64,000 bases of DNA from the human T2T-CHM13v2.0 reference genome, Homo sapiens: NCBI RefSeq assembly GCF_009914755.1, contig NC_060932.1; one strand, 5' to 3'. The notes under the pieces are model-generated. The model had not been told where the DNA came from. It searched no databases and saw nothing but the letters and a program-made list of their open reading frames with translations. A program made the translations under genes and the position numbers. Below, one piece after another: positions 59,706-64,000 of this stretch; position 1 is the first letter of the stretch, and every line of letters starts with the position of its first letter.

Positions 59706-60387
59706 CTAGCAGTATTTCTCAATTTCAGTAAATTTATTTTATAGAAACTTAAACCTGAAGCTTTGATAGTTTAGGATGCTGGTTTAATTACTATTGCTTC
59801 TGCAATATTCATGCAAAACAGAAGTTAGTTTTATTAAGTCATCTTCCTGTTATGATGTATTGAGTAAAATTAATATCTAATCATTTAAAAACGATTCTGC
59901 AACTGATTTCTGTAAAAAGCAATCTCACATGAAATGTTCCTCTTTAAAGTGGCAGATGCTTTTAACCAAATCCAAGACTGCAGGTCCACCAGAAGTGGGG
60001 AGGGTAACTGAAACAGCCTCTCAGATGGGGGTGGGGGGGGGTCCCAAGTGTTGTTTACCAGAACACAAGCATATAACAGCTTTCATCTTGGCAATGGTAC
60101 ATATGCTCGCTCTTCCCTTTTTTTGCTTATTTTCTTTCTATATGAATAATTTGTTAGAATCAGAGCTATTGTTTTGTGTTATATAATAGATATGACTATA
60201 TTTTTTCATTTCATCGGTTTATTTCGTGTGCGCATTTTAAATAAAATTTTAAATATATATATACAAGTAGCAGATGATGCTTTGACTGCAGTGAAGATTG
60301 ACTGACTGGGTCAGATCAGGCCCACCGCAGTCACTCTTTCCAAGGGGGCATAAAAGTCACCATTCTCTTTTTTGTCCTCTGTGTAAG

Positions 60388-60549
60388 GGGTGAAAAACGC
60401 GGATGTGAATGAGCTGCAGGAGATCGCCTCTGAACCAGACAGCACTCATGTGTACAATGTTGCCGAATTCGATCTGATGCACACAGTTGTGGAGAGTCTG
60501 ACCAGGACTCTCTGCTCTAGAGTGGAAGAACAGGACAGAGAAATTAAAG
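60388..60549 (+). CDS. COL14A1: Exon 9: VWA1 end ([17 protein letters not shown]...[13 protein letters not shown]), 162 nt
   Basis: gtaag| acceptor, AAG|gtaaaa donor; ORF 60390..60611. Confidence 0.96.
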
Positions 60550-60784
60550 GTAAAATGAGTGACAGAGCAGTCCTGTGGATGTCAGTATTATGGTGCACAA
60601 GCCTATTGTGAATTGGGAAAATTCTTTTCATTTTTCATGTTGGCTTTTTGAAGACCCCTTATTCCCCTAAGACCTGAGCCGTCAGAGTAGAAAAGGGAGT
60701 ATATTAGCAGGCTTTGTGGGGGTGAAGGAGGGACTCTTTAAACACAAGATGATTTTCTCCATAATGTTACATTTACATTTATTT

Positions 60785-62130
60785 AAAACTTAAACTTTTA
60801 ATTTTAAGATAGTTATACATTCAAATACAGTTTGTAAGAAATAATACATAGAAAGATTGTGTGTTCTTTACTAGTTTTCCCAATGGTAAAATCTTGTAAA
60901 ACTAATTACATTACCACAAGCTGAATACTTGTCATTGACACAGGCAAGACACAGCACATTTCCACCACAAGGATCACTCCTGTTCCCTTTTATAGCCACA
61001 CTCACTTATATCCCTCACTCTCTCTCCCTAATCCCAGACAACCACTACTCCATCTCCAATATTTTTCATGTCAAAAATATTACGTGAATGGAGGTATGTG
61101 GTATGTAACCTTTGGGGACTGGCTTTTTTCATGCAGGAGAATTCCCTGGAGATTCATCCAAGTCGTTGCATGTGTCAACAGCTCTTTCTTTTTAACTGAG
61201 TGCCAGATTCCATGATATGGATGTGCCACAGTTTGTTTAACCATTCACACATTGAGGGGCACCTGGGTTGCTTTCAGCCTTTGGCTATGATGAATCAAGC
61301 TGCTGTGAATGTTCATGTGGAGGTTCTTGTGCAAACATAAGTTTTCATTTCTCTGGGACAATGCCCAGTAGTACAATGGCTGGATCATATCCCGGTTGCA
61401 TGTTTTGTTTAATGTAGTTTTCATTAAGACTGGCCTCCTTGCTACTGGACGGTGGTGAAAGTCCTGACTCACTGCTAGGTCTCCTCTGACACTGTCACAG
61501 AGTGAGGGAGAATGGTGCCTCATTACTCCCAAGTGGGGTTGAGGGTCCAGGCAGGCTCTTCATGTGGTCTCTCTTGATATCATAGATAGGATTGTAGGGG
61601 AAAAGATTCATTACCATCTGCTGGGGATGAATATCTCTTCTCTACTTGACCTCTCACACCAACCTAGCTGGCATGAGGGGGTTGGGGTGGATGTTAGGGC
61701 ACCCTATTACAGCCAAAAAAGGCTGGAATTTTGACTTCCCACTAGGCCTTTGCTGGCATGGGTAAAGGTGTGGCCACATTTTTTTTTTCTGTGTTGATTG
61801 TCTGCAGTAGAACAATTATTACCAAAAATGTTTAAAACGTTTCAGTCTTGGTAGGCTGGCCATTTCCTGGTCCTTTGCTAGAGGGAGAAGATTTTGTTAG
61901 CAATTTTTAGTCTGTATCTGTTGGTGTTTCTAGGTTGCCAGATACTTTAGCTCCATGTCTGGGATATATGAGTAAAAGGAAGTGGGAGCTCACCGCTGGG
62001 AGCTCCTGAGCCCTGTAGTTCTGCACTCATTGACCTTCTTCTCTCTACTTTTCAGCATCTTCTTATGCTTGTCTTTGATATAATTTCCAGAGTTTTTAGT
62101 TATACTCAGCAAAAGGAATAGAGTAAAGCA
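60785..62130 (-). mobile_element. L1MC-like 3' fragment; boundaries approximate
   Basis: gtaagaaataataca... and gtaacctttggggactggctttttt motifs. Confidence 0.6.
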
Positions 62131-63020
62131 CTTACTTTATTTGGAGAGATATCATATCATTGGTCTGCAGATTGTGCTTGCCTTATAGAGTTGTAATCTG
62201 AGAAGAGGGTAATATCCAAGTCTTCTTTCAAGAGTCTGGTTTTATTTGCTGCCTCTGTTGTAACCAGTGTGAAATGGTTCTTTCTGGCTACATGTCCTTC
62301 TCTCTATCATCATTCCCCTTTCCCCAGGCTAGATCTTGTGGGGCTGGGCTGGGCACCCAAGCAGTATGATCCTGAACACATTTCTCTGAGCTTCAAAGTG
62401 AAGCTACTTTAGAGCTCAGTTTTTCCAAAATAGTCTACATGTGGTTGATGATACAGCATGTAATAAAGTTCCTGCCCATAGTTTGTGTTCAAAACAGTAT
62501 TTTAAAAATTGAGATTATTAAAGTCCCTTTGAGTAAGTGCTCTTAAAGGGTGAGAAATTCTAAAGTTTAAGCTCTTTATTATAATTTACATATTGTATTC
62601 CCCTTCCACTTAGATTTTGCATGTCCCAAATTTTTATAGAATCATTTGCTTTAACATGTGTAACACACACACACAAATGCTTACCTAGTATCGAGCTCAT
62701 AGTGGGCATTTAGTATATGTTAGTTGCTTTTTCTTTTTTTAAATTTTTAGGTATTAGTCACTTGTTGAATTGAAATTTTTAGTATAGAGCCTGTGTTCGC
62801 TGATGCTTAAAAACATAGACTCTTGTGTCAAGCCCAGATATCAATGTCAACTCTGATACTAATTGTGAGACCTTGGTCAGGTTAGCTAACTTCACTGTGC
62901 ATTGATTTTCTCATATATGAAGTGTGAACAGTAATAGGAACTAGGGAGAAGTAGATGAGATAAAAAAAACTTCTTAAGACTCTGAAGAGTACCTTTTGAT
63001 ACACACATGCTTAGTTAATG

Positions 63021-63327
63021 TTTGTTTGTTTGTTTGTTTGTTTTTTGGAGGCAGAGTGTTGCTCTATCCCCCAGGCTGGAGTGCAGTGGCACGATCTCGG
63101 CTCACTGCAACCTCTGCCTCCCGGTTTAAGTGATTCTCCTGCCTCAGCCTCCAAAGTAGCTGGGATTACAGGCACCTGCTACCATGCACGCTAATTTTTG
63201 TATTTGTAGTAGAGACGGGGTTTTGCCATGTTGGCCAGGCTAGTCTTGAACTCCTGACCTCAGGTGATCTGCCCGCCTCGGCCTCCCAAAGTGTTGGGAT
63301 TACAGGCATGAACCACTGTGCCTGGCT
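63021..63327 (-). mobile_element. AluS, ~295 bp upstream of exon 10
   Basis: TSD GTTAATGTTTGTT. Confidence 0.92.
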
Positions 63328-63621
63328 GTTAATGTTTGTTTTTATTATTTATTAACAATGACCTTAATTTAAGAAAGTTCTCTGGAGTCAAGAACTATGT
63401 CTTATTTAAGTTTGGTATCCTCGGAACTTAGCATAGTACCTGGCACCTAATAGACATTTAAATGTTTGAATGAACAAATGGATAACTGAATCAACTTATC
63501 TAAAGAGGAAAATCTTAGAGGCAGCATAAAATCAATATTTATTTCTGTCTAATGAGATGTCTTAGCTTCATAAGAAATAACTTTGGGTAAGAGGTTTATT
63601 TGATATGTTTTTTTAATTTAG

Positions 63622-63773
63622 CCTCAGCCCATGCCATCACTGGGCCGCCTACGGAGTTGATTACTTCTGAAGTCACTGCCAGAAGCTTTATGGTTAACTG
63701 GACTCATGCCCCAGGAAATGTGGAAAAATACAGAGTTGTGTATTATCCTACCAGGGGTGGAAAACCAGACGAG
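63622..63773 (+). CDS. COL14A1: Exon 10: FN3-2 first half ([13 protein letters not shown]...[11 protein letters not shown]), 152 nt, ends phase 0
   Basis: tttag| acceptor, GAG|gtaata donor; ORF 63600..63833. Confidence 0.96.
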
Positions 63774-64000
63774 GTAATAAGGAGAGAGTATTTTCAAACC
63801 ATTCTTTTTATTCTCTCAAGTCTTCTACAATAGTGAGAACAAGGCAGAAATATAAATATAAGATTATTCCGTCACAGACATTTTAAAGAATTTGACTGAA
63901 ATACATTTCCACTTGTTCATATTGTTCTCCCCTATCTCTGAGTTATGGCAATTACATCTTTCATCTCTCCAAATAACACTCAGAACTGGTCAGGTATGAA

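Overview
Human (or very close hominid) genomic DNA inside the collagen XIV gene COL14A1 (+ strand). The window holds nine coding exons, provisionally numbered 2-10; the non-coding first exon, the promoter and the 3' part of the gene lie outside. They encode the signal peptide, FN3-1, a basic linker, the VWA1 domain and part of FN3-2 (c.1-1191, 397 codons). The introns carry ~24 Alus, two L1PA insertions, MaLR/MLT LTRs, DNA-transposon MITEs, MIRs and microsatellites. I see no new multi-gene system. The strongest candidate for an undescribed mechanism is the antisense L1PA3/4-like element in the 28.5-kb intron 5 (46114-50858). It keeps its 5'UTR, an intact ORF1 and an intact endonuclease closed by a stop at codon 247. 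It has lost the whole RT through an in-frame ~1470-nt deletion patched by a templated 26-nt duplication. Its ORF0 splice donor 1 is phase-compatible with COL14A1 exon 6, predicting an ORF0-collagen XIV fusion without a signal peptide. An antisense poly(A) signal in the same element could also cut the host transcript (gene-breaking). These are sequence-based predictions with no expression evidence. Repeat subfamily names and consensus comparisons are from memory and need RepeatMasker/Dfam confirmation.
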